Source: Alphaproteobacteria bacterium (GTDB taxonomy: Bacteria; Pseudomonadota; Alphaproteobacteria; MPNO01). From it: a stretch of DNA of 64,000 nucleotides. The position numbers and the translations under genes were made by a program. How positions within the stretch are numbered: position 1 is the first letter of the stretch; every line of letters starts with the position of its first letter. The notes under the pieces were generated by a model. That model was not told the DNA's origin. It worked only from the letters and a program-made list of their open reading frames with translations, and did no database searches. The stretch is from the NCBI GenBank assembly GCA_965248835.1, contig CBDFLJ010000001.1, positions 736,001 through 800,000 on the forward strand, read 5' to 3'. Shown here in pieces: positions 46,056 through 56,962 of this stretch.

Positions 46056-46135
46056 CCTGGCCGCGCGCTGCGCGCGATCATGCCGGGCAGCGGGACGGCG
46101 GCGGTCGATGCGCATCGATATCCGGGAGCGGGCCG

Positions 46136-47452
46136 ATGACGGGACTGAACGAGCTGACCGCGACCGAGGCCGCGCGCCGGATCCATGACGGCGAGGCGAC
46201 CTGCGAGGCGGTGGTCACCGACTGCATTTTGCGGATCGAGGCGCGCGAGCCCGACGTGCGCGCCTGGGAATATCTCGATCCCGAATACGCGCTCGACCAG
46301 GCACGCGCGATCGATGCCGGGCCGAGGCGCGGACCGCTCCACGGCGTGCCGGTGGGCATCAAGGACATCTACGACACCGTCGACATGCCGACGACCCACG
46401 GCTCGCCGATCTACCGGGGCAACCGGCCGGCGATGGATGCCGCCGCGGTCGCCATGCTGCGGGCGGCCGGAGCGCTGATCCTGGGCAAGACGGTTTCCAC
46501 CGAGTTCGCGGCGTCGAACCCGTCGAAGACCCGCAACCCGCACAACATCGAACACACCCCGGCCGGATCCTCCAGCGGCTCCGCGGCCGCGGTCGCCGAC
46601 ATGATGGTGCCGGCGGCGCTTGGCTCGCAGACCGCGGGCTCGGTGATCCGCCCGGCCGCGTTCTGCGGCACCGTCGGCTACAAGGCGACGTTCGGCATCC
46701 TCAATCGGCGCGGCCTCGCCGCCCAGGCCGAATCGCTCGACACCATCGGCTGCATGACGCGCTGCGTCGACGATCTGGCACTGCTGACCGCCGTGCTGAC
46801 CTGCCGGACGCCGCCGCCGCCCGGGCAGATGCCCGACCGGAAGCCGCGGATCGGGCTGTGCCGGACCCATCTCTGGCGCGACCTCGACCCCGCCGCCGTC
46901 GAAGCGACCGAGGATGCCGCGGCCAGGCTCGCCGCAGCCGGTGCAGAGGTCCGCGAATGCGCCCTGCCGGCGCACTTCGCCGACATAACGGAGGTCCAGT
47001 GGAGCGTGCTCGCCGTCGAGGCCTCGCGCGCCTATGCCCATGAGTGGAACAACCACCGCGAGGCGCTGAGCGCGAAGATGCGCGCGGTCTTCGAGCAGGG
47101 CTGGAGCACCCCGGACGAGGACTATGTCGCGGCTCTTGCCTTCGGCGAGCGCTGCCGTGCCGAGTTCGCATCGATCATCGAAGGGCACGATCTGTTGCTC
47201 GCCCCGAGCGCGCAGGGCGAGGCGCCTCACGGGCTCGACTGGACCGGCGACGTGCGGTTCCAGACGATGTGGTCGTTCCTGCGGGTGCCGGCCATCACGC
47301 TGCCGACCCACACCGGACCCAACAACATGCCGGTCGGCAACCTGCTGGTCGGGCCGGCGCACGGCGACCGGGCGCTGTTCGACAACGCGCGGTGGGCCGA
47401 ATCCGTGCTGATGCAGGACGGCGTGCCGCTTCCTACTGCGCCGCCGCGGTGA
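46136..47452 (+). CDS. Amidase signature family protein
   Basis: GPLHGVPVGIKD, TPAGSSSGSAAAVA, GSQTAGSVIRPAAFCG. Confidence 0.92.
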   Translation: MTGLNELTATEAARRIHDGEATCEAVVTDCILRIEAREPDVRAWEYLDPEYALDQARAIDAGPRRGPLHGVPVGIKDIYDTVDMPTTHGSPIYRGNRPAMDAAAVAMLRAAGALILGKTVSTEFAASNPSKTRNPHNIEHTPAGSSSGSAAAVADMMVPAALGSQTAGSVIRPAAFCGTVGYKATFGILNRRGLAAQAESLDTIGCMTRCVDDLALLTAVLTCRTPPPPGQMPDRKPRIGLCRTHLWRDLDPAAVEATEDAAARLAAAGAEVRECALPAHFADITEVQWSVLAVEASRAYAHEWNNHREALSAKMRAVFEQGWSTPDEDYVAALAFGERCRAEFASIIEGHDLLLAPSAQGEAPHGLDWTGDVRFQTMWSFLRVPAITLPTHTGPNNMPVGNLLVGPAHGDRALFDNARWAESVLMQDGVPLPTAPPR

Positions 47453-48422
47453 TCTTGGTCACCTGCATCTTGCGGTAATCGCCGGCCAGGACGGGTGCGT
47501 GCCGGGCCGGCGAACCGTCGGCCCGGCAGGTTTCGATGCACTCGATCAGGGCATCCCGGTTGGGGTGCACGAAATACGCGATCGACAGGCGCGCGACCGG
47601 CCGGTCCGCTGCCGCAGGCGGGTTGACCACCCGGTGCAGGTTCGAAAGCCAGCGGTCGTTGGTCCAGCGCATCATCAGATCGCCGATATTGACGATGAAA
47701 GCGTCGGCGGCCGGGAACACCTCGACCCACGCGCCCGACCGGGTGCGGACCTGCAGCCCGCCCGGCGTGTCGTCGGCAAGCAGGATGGTGTGCGAGCCGA
47801 AATCGGTGTGCGCGCCGCAACGCAGCTGGCCCGGCAACGGGGGTGCGTCGGGGGCCGGGTAGTGCAGCAGGCGGACGACGCTCGCATGGCGGTCGAACTT
47901 GTCGAGGAAGAAATCGGTCTCCAGACCGAGGGCGGCGGCGAAGACAAGCAGCAGCCGGACATTGAGCGCCTCGACCGCGCGGTAATAGGCCTTGAAGGTC
48001 TCGGCCAGCCCGGGGACCGCATCGGGCCAGATGTTGGGCTGGTAGGCATAGGCCGCCTCGGGCGCGGTGTAGTAGGACTCGTCGGGCCGGTCGAACGGGC
48101 CGAATATGTAGCCTTCGCGCAGGTCCGGCGGCGCCTTCGCGCCGCCCGAGGAGCCGTTATGCTCCTCGGCCAGCGGCGTGTAGCCGCGGTTGAGGTGCAT
48201 CGTAGGGTCGAGATAGCCGCGCTTGGTGGCCTCGGGCAGCCCGAACAGCGCCCAACCCCCTTTGCGCATGCGTTCGATCGTCCGGTCGGGGACGCCGTGT
48301 CCGGTCACGGTCAGGAAACCGATGTCTTCGACCGCGCGGGCGATTTCGGCCGCGATTGCCGCCCGCGTGGTCGGGCCGCCGGTCTCGAAACCGCCGATGT
48401 CGACGATCGGGACCTCGTGCAT
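47433..48422 (-). CDS. 2OG-Fe(II) oxygenase (isopenicillin N synthase family)
   Basis: HTD...H triad (AHTDFG, SNLHRV), RLS, VNIGDL..RWTND. Confidence 0.92.
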   Translation of the reverse strand: MHEVPIVDIGGFETGGPTTRAAIAAEIARAVEDIGFLTVTGHGVPDRTIERMRKGGWALFGLPEATKRGYLDPTMHLNRGYTPLAEEHNGSSGGAKAPPDLREGYIFGPFDRPDESYYTAPEAAYAYQPNIWPDAVPGLAETFKAYYRAVEALNVRLLLVFAAALGLETDFFLDKFDRHASVVRLLHYPAPDAPPLPGQLRCGAHTDFGSHTILLADDTPGGLQVRTRSGAWVEVFPAADAFIVNIGDLMMRWTNDRWLSNLHRVVNPPAAADRPVARLSIAYFVHPNRDALIECIETCRADGSPARHAPVLAGDYRKMQVTKITAAAQ

Positions 48423-48450
48423 TGCCTGCGCCTCCGTCGTGCCGCGGGCG

Positions 48451-49668
48451 CTATCCGAACGCCGGCTGGGCGATGGTCCGCCGCAGCGGGCGGTCGTCGA
48501 TCGGCATGTGCAGCCCGGCCGCGATCACGCCCAGCACCGCACCGCCCCAGAAGATCGCATCGTAGTTGCCCATCGCATCGTAGACGATGCCGCCAAGCCA
48601 GATCCCGAGAAAGCTTCCGATCTGGTGGCTGAAAAAGGTAAGCCCGACCAGCGTGGCGAGGAATTTGGTGCCGAAGATCCGGGCGACGATCCCGGTGGTG
48701 AGCGGCACGGTGGCCAGCCACAGCAGCCCCATCGTGGACGCGAACAGGATCACGCTCACCGGCCCGATCGGCACCAGCATGAAGACCGTCATGAACACCG
48801 CGCGAGCCAGGTAGATGATCGACAGCAGATACTTCATGCTGTAGCGCGCGCCCAAATTTCCCCAGGCGATGCAGCCGATGATGTTGAACCCGCCGATCAG
48901 CGCGAGCCCAGTCGCGGCCAGCCAGGGCGGCTGGCCCAGATCGGCGAGATAGGCCGGCAGGTGCGCGCCGATGAACATGGTCTGGAAGCCGCAGACGAAG
49001 TAGCCGGCGATCAGCAATTTGTAGCCGAAATGCCGGCCCGCCTCGTCGAGCGCCTCGCCGATGCGCTGGTTCGAAGTCTCGGCCGCGCCGAGCTTGTTGC
49101 CGCCGGCCAGGGCCGCGGACAGCGGCACCACCAAGGCCACCATCGCAGCGATGATCATCAGCGAGATCGTCCAGCCATAGGCCGAAAGGAACCATTGTCC
49201 GACAGGGACCAGGATGAGCTGTCCCGAAGAGCCGCCGGCCGAGGCGATGCCGAGATAGATGGTGCGCCGTTCGGGTCCGGCGATCCGGCTGACCACCGAA
49301 AGGACGATCGGAAAGCCGGTCATCGACATGCCGAACCCGGTCAGGACGCCGATCCCGATGGTGGCATCCATCGGTACGGCGGCTTGCGACATCACCCATA
49401 GGCCGCAGGCATAGAGCAAGCCCCCGGCGGTGATCACCCTGGCCGGTCCGAAGCGGTCCGCCACCCAGCCGAAGAACGGCGTCAACACCCCCCAGACCAG
49501 GCTCTGGAAAGCCAGCGCGAAAGCGAACACCTGGCGGTCCCAGCCGAGATCGGTGCTCACCACCTCCATATAGAGTCCGAGGTTCTGGCGCAGGCCGAAC
49601 GACACCAGCAGGATCAGCGTCCCGCAGGTCAGCACCACCATGGGCGTACGCCAACCACTCGGGCTCAT
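48451..49668 (-). CDS. MFS transporter
   Basis: About 12 TM segments, GWVADRFG motif, HQIGSFLG.WLGG. Confidence 0.92.
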   Translation of the reverse strand: MSPSGWRTPMVVLTCGTLILLVSFGLRQNLGLYMEVVSTDLGWDRQVFAFALAFQSLVWGVLTPFFGWVADRFGPARVITAGGLLYACGLWVMSQAAVPMDATIGIGVLTGFGMSMTGFPIVLSVVSRIAGPERRTIYLGIASAGGSSGQLILVPVGQWFLSAYGWTISLMIIAAMVALVVPLSAALAGGNKLGAAETSNQRIGEALDEAGRHFGYKLLIAGYFVCGFQTMFIGAHLPAYLADLGQPPWLAATGLALIGGFNIIGCIAWGNLGARYSMKYLLSIIYLARAVFMTVFMLVPIGPVSVILFASTMGLLWLATVPLTTGIVARIFGTKFLATLVGLTFFSHQIGSFLGIWLGGIVYDAMGNYDAIFWGGAVLGVIAAGLHMPIDDRPLRRTIAQPAFG

Positions 49669-49820
49669 CGACTGCCCCTTTCGAGGGTGACCCGCCGCTC
49701 GTACAGCGGCAGCGCGCGCGGTCTATAGCATGTCGGCAGGCGCGAACGCCGGTATTTTGCCCCCGGCGCGGGACGTGCGACAATCGCACGGGGTGTTTCC
49801 GCGTTACGGAGGGCGCTGGT

Positions 49821-50549
49821 TTGGCATTTGACACCGATGGCGGCATCGCCATCGTCCACAGCTCCGATATCCATGTCGATGACGGCTACACCGCCCGTGC
49901 GCATGGCGGCGACGGGACCAGGGGCCTGCGCTGCGTGCTTGCCACCGCGCACAAGCTGGGCGCCGACCTGGCGCTGCTCGCCGGCGATGTCTTCGAGCAC
50001 AACCGGCTGCCCCAGGCGCTGATCGACCGGGCGGTCGGCGTGCTCGAAGAGGCCGCGATCCCGATCGTCATCCTGCCCGGCAACCACGACCCGCTGACCC
50101 CGGGCTCGGTCTACGAGCGCGGCGCCGTCCATGGCCCGGACAACGTGCACGTGATCGGCCTGACTGCGGAGCAGGCGGTCACCTTCCCGCATTTGGACCT
50201 GGAAGTCTGGGGCCACGCCCACCGCGACTACGGCAACATGGCACCGCTTGCCAGCGCGCGTGCGCGCACCACGCGCTGGCAGATCGTCATGGCGCACGGC
50301 CACTATGAGAATGCGGACGAGGTCGGCGCCGTCCACCGCCCGTCCTGGCTGATCTCCGATGCCCAGATCGCCGCGACCGGGGCGGACTATGTCGCGCTCG
50401 GCCACTGGAACCGGGCCGTCCGGGTGGGCAACGGCGCGGTGCCGGCCTACTACTCAGGCTCACCGGATCTCGCCAATACCGTCAACATGGTCCGCCTCGA
50501 TGCCGGCGGCACCGTGGCCGTCGCACGCGAAGACATCATCTGGGACTGA
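49821..50549 (+). CDS. Metallophosphoesterase, SbcD/Mre11-like nuclease domain
   Basis: DIH, AGDVFE, GNHD, AHG, YVALGHW, YSGSP. Confidence 0.85.
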   Translation: MAFDTDGGIAIVHSSDIHVDDGYTARAHGGDGTRGLRCVLATAHKLGADLALLAGDVFEHNRLPQALIDRAVGVLEEAAIPIVILPGNHDPLTPGSVYERGAVHGPDNVHVIGLTAEQAVTFPHLDLEVWGHAHRDYGNMAPLASARARTTRWQIVMAHGHYENADEVGAVHRPSWLISDAQIAATGADYVALGHWNRAVRVGNGAVPAYYSGSPDLANTVNMVRLDAGGTVAVAREDIIWD

Positions 50550-50566
50550 CGCATCTGGGACTGACG
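50537..50566 (+). repeat. 15-bp tandem duplication spanning the stop codon
   Basis: catctgggactgacg x2. Confidence 0.85.
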
Positions 50567-50657
50567 CCGGAAATCGGCGACGATGGGGTTGCCGGTTTCC
50601 GTTCGCCCCGACGAGGACCGCGAACGCCGGCGCGGCGGCGCGGAGGCAGGTCATGGG

Positions 50658-51317
50658 ATGACTCGATGCGGTGGAATGCGGCGGGGGTTCGGCCGGCTGA
50701 TCGCCTGTCTCGCGGCGGCGACGGCCATCGCGGCGGTCGGGGCCGCCGCGAAGACGGGCGATACCGCCGCACCGGCGCCAGTGGCGTCCGGGCCGCTCGC
50801 CGGCTGGCTGCTCGTTGCTGCCCCGCACATGCCGGACCCGCGGTTTGCCGGGACCGTCATCTTCATGCTGCGCCACGGCGAGCGCGGCGCGGTGGGCCTG
50901 ATCGTCAACCGGTTGATCGCGGTCGAGCCGGCCTCGAAGGTGCTGGAGCGGATCCTCGGCAAGGACCAGCCGGACGGTCGGAGCCGCACCGTCCGCATCC
51001 AATATGGCGGGCCGGTCGATCCCTCGCAGGGATTCTTCATGCATTCCAGCGACTACGCCGACGCCGGCACGGTCGCGGTGACCGACAAGGTTTCGCTGAC
51101 CGGCAATCAAGCCGTCTTGCGTGCCCTGGCGGAGGGCAAGGGGCCGGCCAGGGGTTTCCTCGCCATCGGCTATGCCGGCTGGGGTCCGGGTCAGCTTGAA
51201 AACGAGCTTCGCCGCAAGGACTGGATCACCGTCTTCCCCGACGCCGGTCTCCTGTTCGACGACGACATGCAGACCAAATGGCAGCGCGCAATGGACAAGC
51301 GCGGCGCCGATCTCTGA
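50658..51317 (+). CDS. YqgE/AlgH family protein with N-terminal signal-like extension
   Basis: LLVA.P.M.DPRF..TVI, GLIVNR, GGPV, GYAGW..GQLE.E. Confidence 0.88.
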   Translation: MTRCGGMRRGFGRLIACLAAATAIAAVGAAAKTGDTAAPAPVASGPLAGWLLVAAPHMPDPRFAGTVIFMLRHGERGAVGLIVNRLIAVEPASKVLERILGKDQPDGRSRTVRIQYGGPVDPSQGFFMHSSDYADAGTVAVTDKVSLTGNQAVLRALAEGKGPARGFLAIGYAGWGPGQLENELRRKDWITVFPDAGLLFDDDMQTKWQRAMDKRGADL

Positions 51318-51364
51318 ACGCCGGCGACGGCTCGTGTCTTTCCAGTTCCGCGCGCCGGTGGCGA

Positions 51365-51389
51365 GGATCGGACCGGACCGGTCCGATCC
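51365..51389. terminator. Hairpin between convergent genes (possible bidirectional terminator)
   Basis: GGATCGGACCG-GAC-CGGTCCGATCC 11-bp stem; no clear U-tract. Confidence 0.45.
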
Positions 51390-51403
51390 GGCCGGCACAC
51401 GGG

Positions 51404-51814
51404 CTACAGAGCAGCGACCGTCTGGACCTCGATCAGGAACGGCTCCTGGACCAGCCGGTCGACCAGCAGCAGCGTGTTGGGCGGATATTTCCCGTCGGGA
51501 AACATTTTCGGGAACGCGCGCAGGCGGAAGGCCATGAAATCGGGGATCGACTGGGAGTGCACCATATAGGTGGTGAACTGGACCACGTTGGCCCAATCGG
51601 CATCGGCCGAGCGCAGGGCGGCATGGATGTTGGCGAAGACCTGGGTGCACTGGGCGTCGAAATCGTCCGCACCGACGATCCCGCCGTCCTTGTCGCCCGA
51701 CAGCATGCCGGCGATGAACAGCAACTCCGAGGCCTTGACCCTGGTGACATGGGTGTACTGACCGAGCGGCGCGCCCAGCGCGTCGGGGTTGTAGATCTGG
51801 ATATCGGCTGTCAT
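51404..51814 (-). CDS. RidA/YjgF family protein
   Basis: P.G.YTH, LFIAG, DFDAQC.QVF.N, PPNTLL.V..L, LIEV. Confidence 0.9.
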   Translation of the reverse strand: MTADIQIYNPDALGAPLGQYTHVTRVKASELLFIAGMLSGDKDGGIVGADDFDAQCTQVFANIHAALRSADADWANVVQFTTYMVHSQSIPDFMAFRLRAFPKMFPDGKYPPNTLLLVDRLVQEPFLIEVQTVAAL

Positions 51815-51871
51815 CTGGTTCCGTCTCCTTGCCTGGTGGGGTCCGGATCAAGCCAACCCGGGCGCGCAAGA

Positions 51872-53023
51872 TCAAGCGGGCGTGCAACCGGTCGGGACAT
51901 GGCCGGCGGCCCGGACGTATTGAGCGGCGACCCAGGGGATGCGGCGCTCGAGCCCGATCGAGACCGGCTTGAGCCGCTCGGGAAGGCCGAGCGTCAGCCC
52001 GTAGATCCGGGTCCAGCGCTGGGTGTGCTCGGTCAACGGCCGCTCGCGCCGCTCCCAGACCGCCATCGCGGTCCCGATGTCCGCCGCGCCCTCCAGGGCG
52101 ACGGCCAGGCCCAGCGCGTTCATCATCGCATGGCCAGCGCCCTGGGCGAGGTAGGGCGCCATCGCATGCGCCGCATCGCCGAGGACGGCGACCCGCCCCG
52201 CCGACCAGCGCTTCAGCCGGACGGTCTGGAACTGGGCCCAGCGCGCTTGCTGCCAATCGGCCTGCGCAGCGACGCGGGCCAACAGGCCGCGCAGGGCCGG
52301 GAACGAGCCGCCCCACAGCCCGACGTCGATCGGTGTCCGGCAGGCTGCGTGGTCCTCGACCATGGCCCCCAGAAGCACATAGAACTCCTCCCGGTTGACC
52401 GGGCAGTAGAGCACCCGGCGCCGGTCCGACCAGGCTTCGATCATCACCGAGCCGTCCCGGTCGGCGGCGGCGATCTCGGCGGCGGTGCGCCTGACGGTCA
52501 CCCGGATGGCGCCGTCGCGTTGCCAGATGTGGCGCCGGACAAGGTCGAGCGCCTCGCGCAGCGGCGAGGCGACGCCGTCGGCCACCACGATCAGATCGGC
52601 GGCCGCGTGTCCGCCGTCCCGGGTCCTCAGCGTGCCGTCGGCCCGGACGTCGGTGACCGTCGAGCCGAGCGCGATCTCGGCGCCCGCCTTTCGGGCGCGC
52701 GCGGCCAGCAGGCGCACGATATGCCGGCGGTCGATCCGATAGGGGCTGCGTTCGGTCGGCCGGCTCATCAGCACCGTGCCGGCGCCGTCGAGCGAATCGC
52801 GCCGGTCGATGCGCGCGCCGCCGGCCAGCACGGCCTCCTCGAGGCCGAACGCGGCGAAGATCAGCGCCATGTTGCGCTGGATCGCGATGCCATAGCCTTC
52901 GACATCGATCGCATCGCGCCGCTCGTGCAGCCGGACCGACCATCCGCGGTCGGCCAGCGCCGCGGCCGCCACCAGCCCGCCGAAACCGCCGCCCACGATT
53001 TCCGCCCGTCCCGGCGCGACCAC
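51872..53023 (-). CDS. FAD-dependent monooxygenase (MHPCO/salicylate hydroxylase-like, group A)
   Basis: GGGFGG, ADG, GDAAHAMAP.LAQGAG.AM.NA. Confidence 0.85.
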   Translation of the reverse strand: MVAPGRAEIVGGGFGGLVAAAALADRGWSVRLHERRDAIDVEGYGIAIQRNMALIFAAFGLEEAVLAGGARIDRRDSLDGAGTVLMSRPTERSPYRIDRRHIVRLLAARARKAGAEIALGSTVTDVRADGTLRTRDGGHAAADLIVVADGVASPLREALDLVRRHIWQRDGAIRVTVRRTAAEIAAADRDGSVMIEAWSDRRRVLYCPVNREEFYVLLGAMVEDHAACRTPIDVGLWGGSFPALRGLLARVAAQADWQQARWAQFQTVRLKRWSAGRVAVLGDAAHAMAPYLAQGAGHAMMNALGLAVALEGAADIGTAMAVWERRERPLTEHTQRWTRIYGLTLGLPERLKPVSIGLERRIPWVAAQYVRAAGHVPTGCTPA

Positions 53024-53138
53024 CCATGCCTCCCTCGCCGGGCGCCATGATAGCCGATCGGCCCGCGCGGCGAAGCCTGGAGCGTGTCAAGCAGCCTGTT
53101 CGAAACTTTGGACGCGCCAGCCCTGCCGAGGACCGGCG

Positions 53139-54749
<1,611 letters not shown>

Positions 54750-54884
54750 AAGTCCCTCCTGAGGTGCCGGCCCGGTGGCGGTGATGCCCGCTAGGCGCCA
54801 GAGCGGCCCCACGACCGAACTGCGACGGCAATTTGGGCTGATCGTTGGCAGTCCTGGCGAAGATAAAGCGAGTGGTTGACGCTT

Positions 54885-55598
54885 TCAACCGGCAGGACCG
54901 GTCCGCGCCATTGCAGCCAGGATTTTGCGTGCCGCCGCGGGTCCGTCGATCGGCGCGTCGAAGTCGCATCGCAGCCGCCCGCCCGGCCCGATCAGGTCGA
55001 GTCCTTCGGGATCGATGCCGGTCATTTTCCATTCGCCGGCCGTGTCCGCCGCGCCTTTGGCATAGCGTGCGAGGGCATCGGCGTGGTCGGCGTTCATGTG
55101 TTCGATGATGTCTTGTTCGGCGTCGATCAGCGCCGGTGCGGCCGCGAGCGTGACCTCGGCCGGATCGAGCCAGTCGATCGCTCCGAACCCTGCGACGATA
55201 TGCGCCCGCTCGACCGCGAGCCGGAACAGGCGGAAACCGCCCAGCGCCAGATATTCCGCCGCAGCGTCATGGCGCCGAAGGTAGCGGCCGAGGAGCGCGT
55301 CGTCGTCGGTGGCCTCGATGCGGCCGAGCAGGCTGAGCCGTGGCCCGGCCAGCGGGTTGTCGTGGCCGTCCGTCGCATCGAAGGCGAGCGATGCCCGGGG
55401 GTCGCGCTCGATGTTCCTGGTGTGCTGGGCGAGATCGGATAGCAGCATCAGCGGCGCCCCGGACTGGTCGCAGGCGACCATGACCAGGGAGGTGTAGGGA
55501 TCTCCCGCCGCCCCCATCAGCGTCGCAAGCGTCGCCTTGTCGCCGCGCCGGACGATCGATCGCGCCCGCGCGGCGGCGGTTTGCCGGTCTTCGTCCAT
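54885..55598 (-). CDS. HugZ/pyridoxamine 5'-phosphate oxidase family protein
   Basis: PY.SLV, LSDLAQHTRN, GFG, HMNADH. Confidence 0.88.
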   Translation of the reverse strand: MDEDRQTAAARARSIVRRGDKATLATLMGAAGDPYTSLVMVACDQSGAPLMLLSDLAQHTRNIERDPRASLAFDATDGHDNPLAGPRLSLLGRIEATDDDALLGRYLRRHDAAAEYLALGGFRLFRLAVERAHIVAGFGAIDWLDPAEVTLAAAPALIDAEQDIIEHMNADHADALARYAKGAADTAGEWKMTGIDPEGLDLIGPGGRLRCDFDAPIDGPAAARKILAAMARTGPAG

Positions 55599-55682
55599 GG
55601 CGGCGACTCTGGGCCGGTGCGGCAATGAGGGTCAACAGCGGGAATTGCGGCCGGAAAGCTTGCGCCGGCCGCATGAGACACT

Positions 55683-56183
55683 ATGTCCATTCCCATGGGC
55701 GCGATCGGCGAATGCTTGCGAACCCTCGCGCGCGCGGTCCGGCCGGCCGCGGGCGCCGGCATTGTCGCCTTCGCGGTGGCCGCGTTGCCGGGCTTGGCCG
55801 CGGCCGGGGGCATGTTGAGCCCGAAGGATGCCGCCCGGATGGCCGCCCAGGGCCGCATCGCGCTGATCGACGTGCGCTCGCCCGCCGAATGGCGGCAAAC
55901 CGGCATCCCGGCCGACGGCCACGCGGTCACGATCCACAACCGGGCCGGCACCAAGGCCTTCATCGGCGAGGTCCTGAAGACAGTGCGCGGCGATCGGTCG
56001 CGGCCGGTTGCGCTGATATGCGCCGCCGGAGCGCGCTCGGCACGCGCCCGGCGCATATTGGAAGCCAACGGATTTACCGATGTTTATGACGTTTCGGCCG
56101 GAATGTCGGGCAATGCGCGCCAGCCCGGCTGGATTGCCAGCGGCCTGCCGAGACGGTCTTGTGCCGGCAGGAAAGCGTGCTGA
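55683..56183 (+). CDS. Rhodanese-like protein (exported)
   Basis: [22 protein letters not shown]; hydrophobic leader. Confidence 0.82.
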   Translation: MSIPMGAIGECLRTLARAVRPAAGAGIVAFAVAALPGLAAAGGMLSPKDAARMAAQGRIALIDVRSPAEWRQTGIPADGHAVTIHNRAGTKAFIGEVLKTVRGDRSRPVALICAAGARSARARRILEANGFTDVYDVSAGMSGNARQPGWIASGLPRRSCAGRKAC

Positions 56184-56211
56184 TCGGCAACCTGGACCCA
56201 AAGGGGCCGTC

Positions 56212-56913
56212 GTGAAACAGAAGATTGCCCTGGTCGATGACGACCGGAACATCCTGACCTCGGTATCGATGTTGCTGGAAGCCGAAGGCTTCGAGGTCCG
56301 CACCTTCCACAACGGAGCGGCCGCCCTCCAGGGGCTGTCCACCAGCCCTGCGGATCTTGCGGTGCTCGACGTCAAGATGCCGCGGATGGATGGCATGGAG
56401 CTGCTCCAGCATCTGCGCAAGCAAACTGACATGCCGATCATCTTTCTGACCTCGAAGGACGACGAGGTCGACGAGGTCCTGGGCCTCAGGATGGGCGCGG
56501 ACGACTACATAAAAAAGCCGTTCTCCCAACGCCTGCTGTTGGAGCGGATCCGCACGATCCTCCGGCGCCACGGCAAGGACACAGGCCAGGCCGGCGACAC
56601 CGACGGCGAGCCGCCGCTGGAGCGCGGGCCCCTGACGCTGGACGCATCGCGCCATCTGTGCGCATGGAAAGGTCAGGCGGTCGATCTGACGGTGACCGAG
56701 TTCCTCTTGGTCAAGGCGCTGGCGCTGAGACCCGGCCACGTCAAGAGCCGAGACCAGCTTATGGATGCCGCCTATGGCGAGCACATTTACGTTGACGACC
56801 GGACGATCGACAGCCATATCAAGCGCTTGCGCAAGAAATTCAAGGTCGTAGACGACGACTTCAGCCAGATCGAAACGCTCTACGGCATAGGATACCGCTA
56901 CAGGGACGGCTGA
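56212..56913 (+). CDS. chvI: Response regulator ChvI
   Basis: [47 protein letters not shown]. Confidence 0.95.
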   Translation: MKQKIALVDDDRNILTSVSMLLEAEGFEVRTFHNGAAALQGLSTSPADLAVLDVKMPRMDGMELLQHLRKQTDMPIIFLTSKDDEVDEVLGLRMGADDYIKKPFSQRLLLERIRTILRRHGKDTGQAGDTDGEPPLERGPLTLDASRHLCAWKGQAVDLTVTEFLLVKALALRPGHVKSRDQLMDAAYGEHIYVDDRTIDSHIKRLRKKFKVVDDDFSQIETLYGIGYRYRDG

Positions 56914-56962
56914 TTTCCGGACCAGGCGCCAGCCGGACCGATAACCGATCGGGCGGGCGGCC

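Noticed and set aside
56150-56183. Selenocysteine readthrough at the rhodanese stop (…KAC-TGA)
   Set aside because: The domain is complete, chvI starts 28 nt later, and no convincing SECIS hairpin is visible
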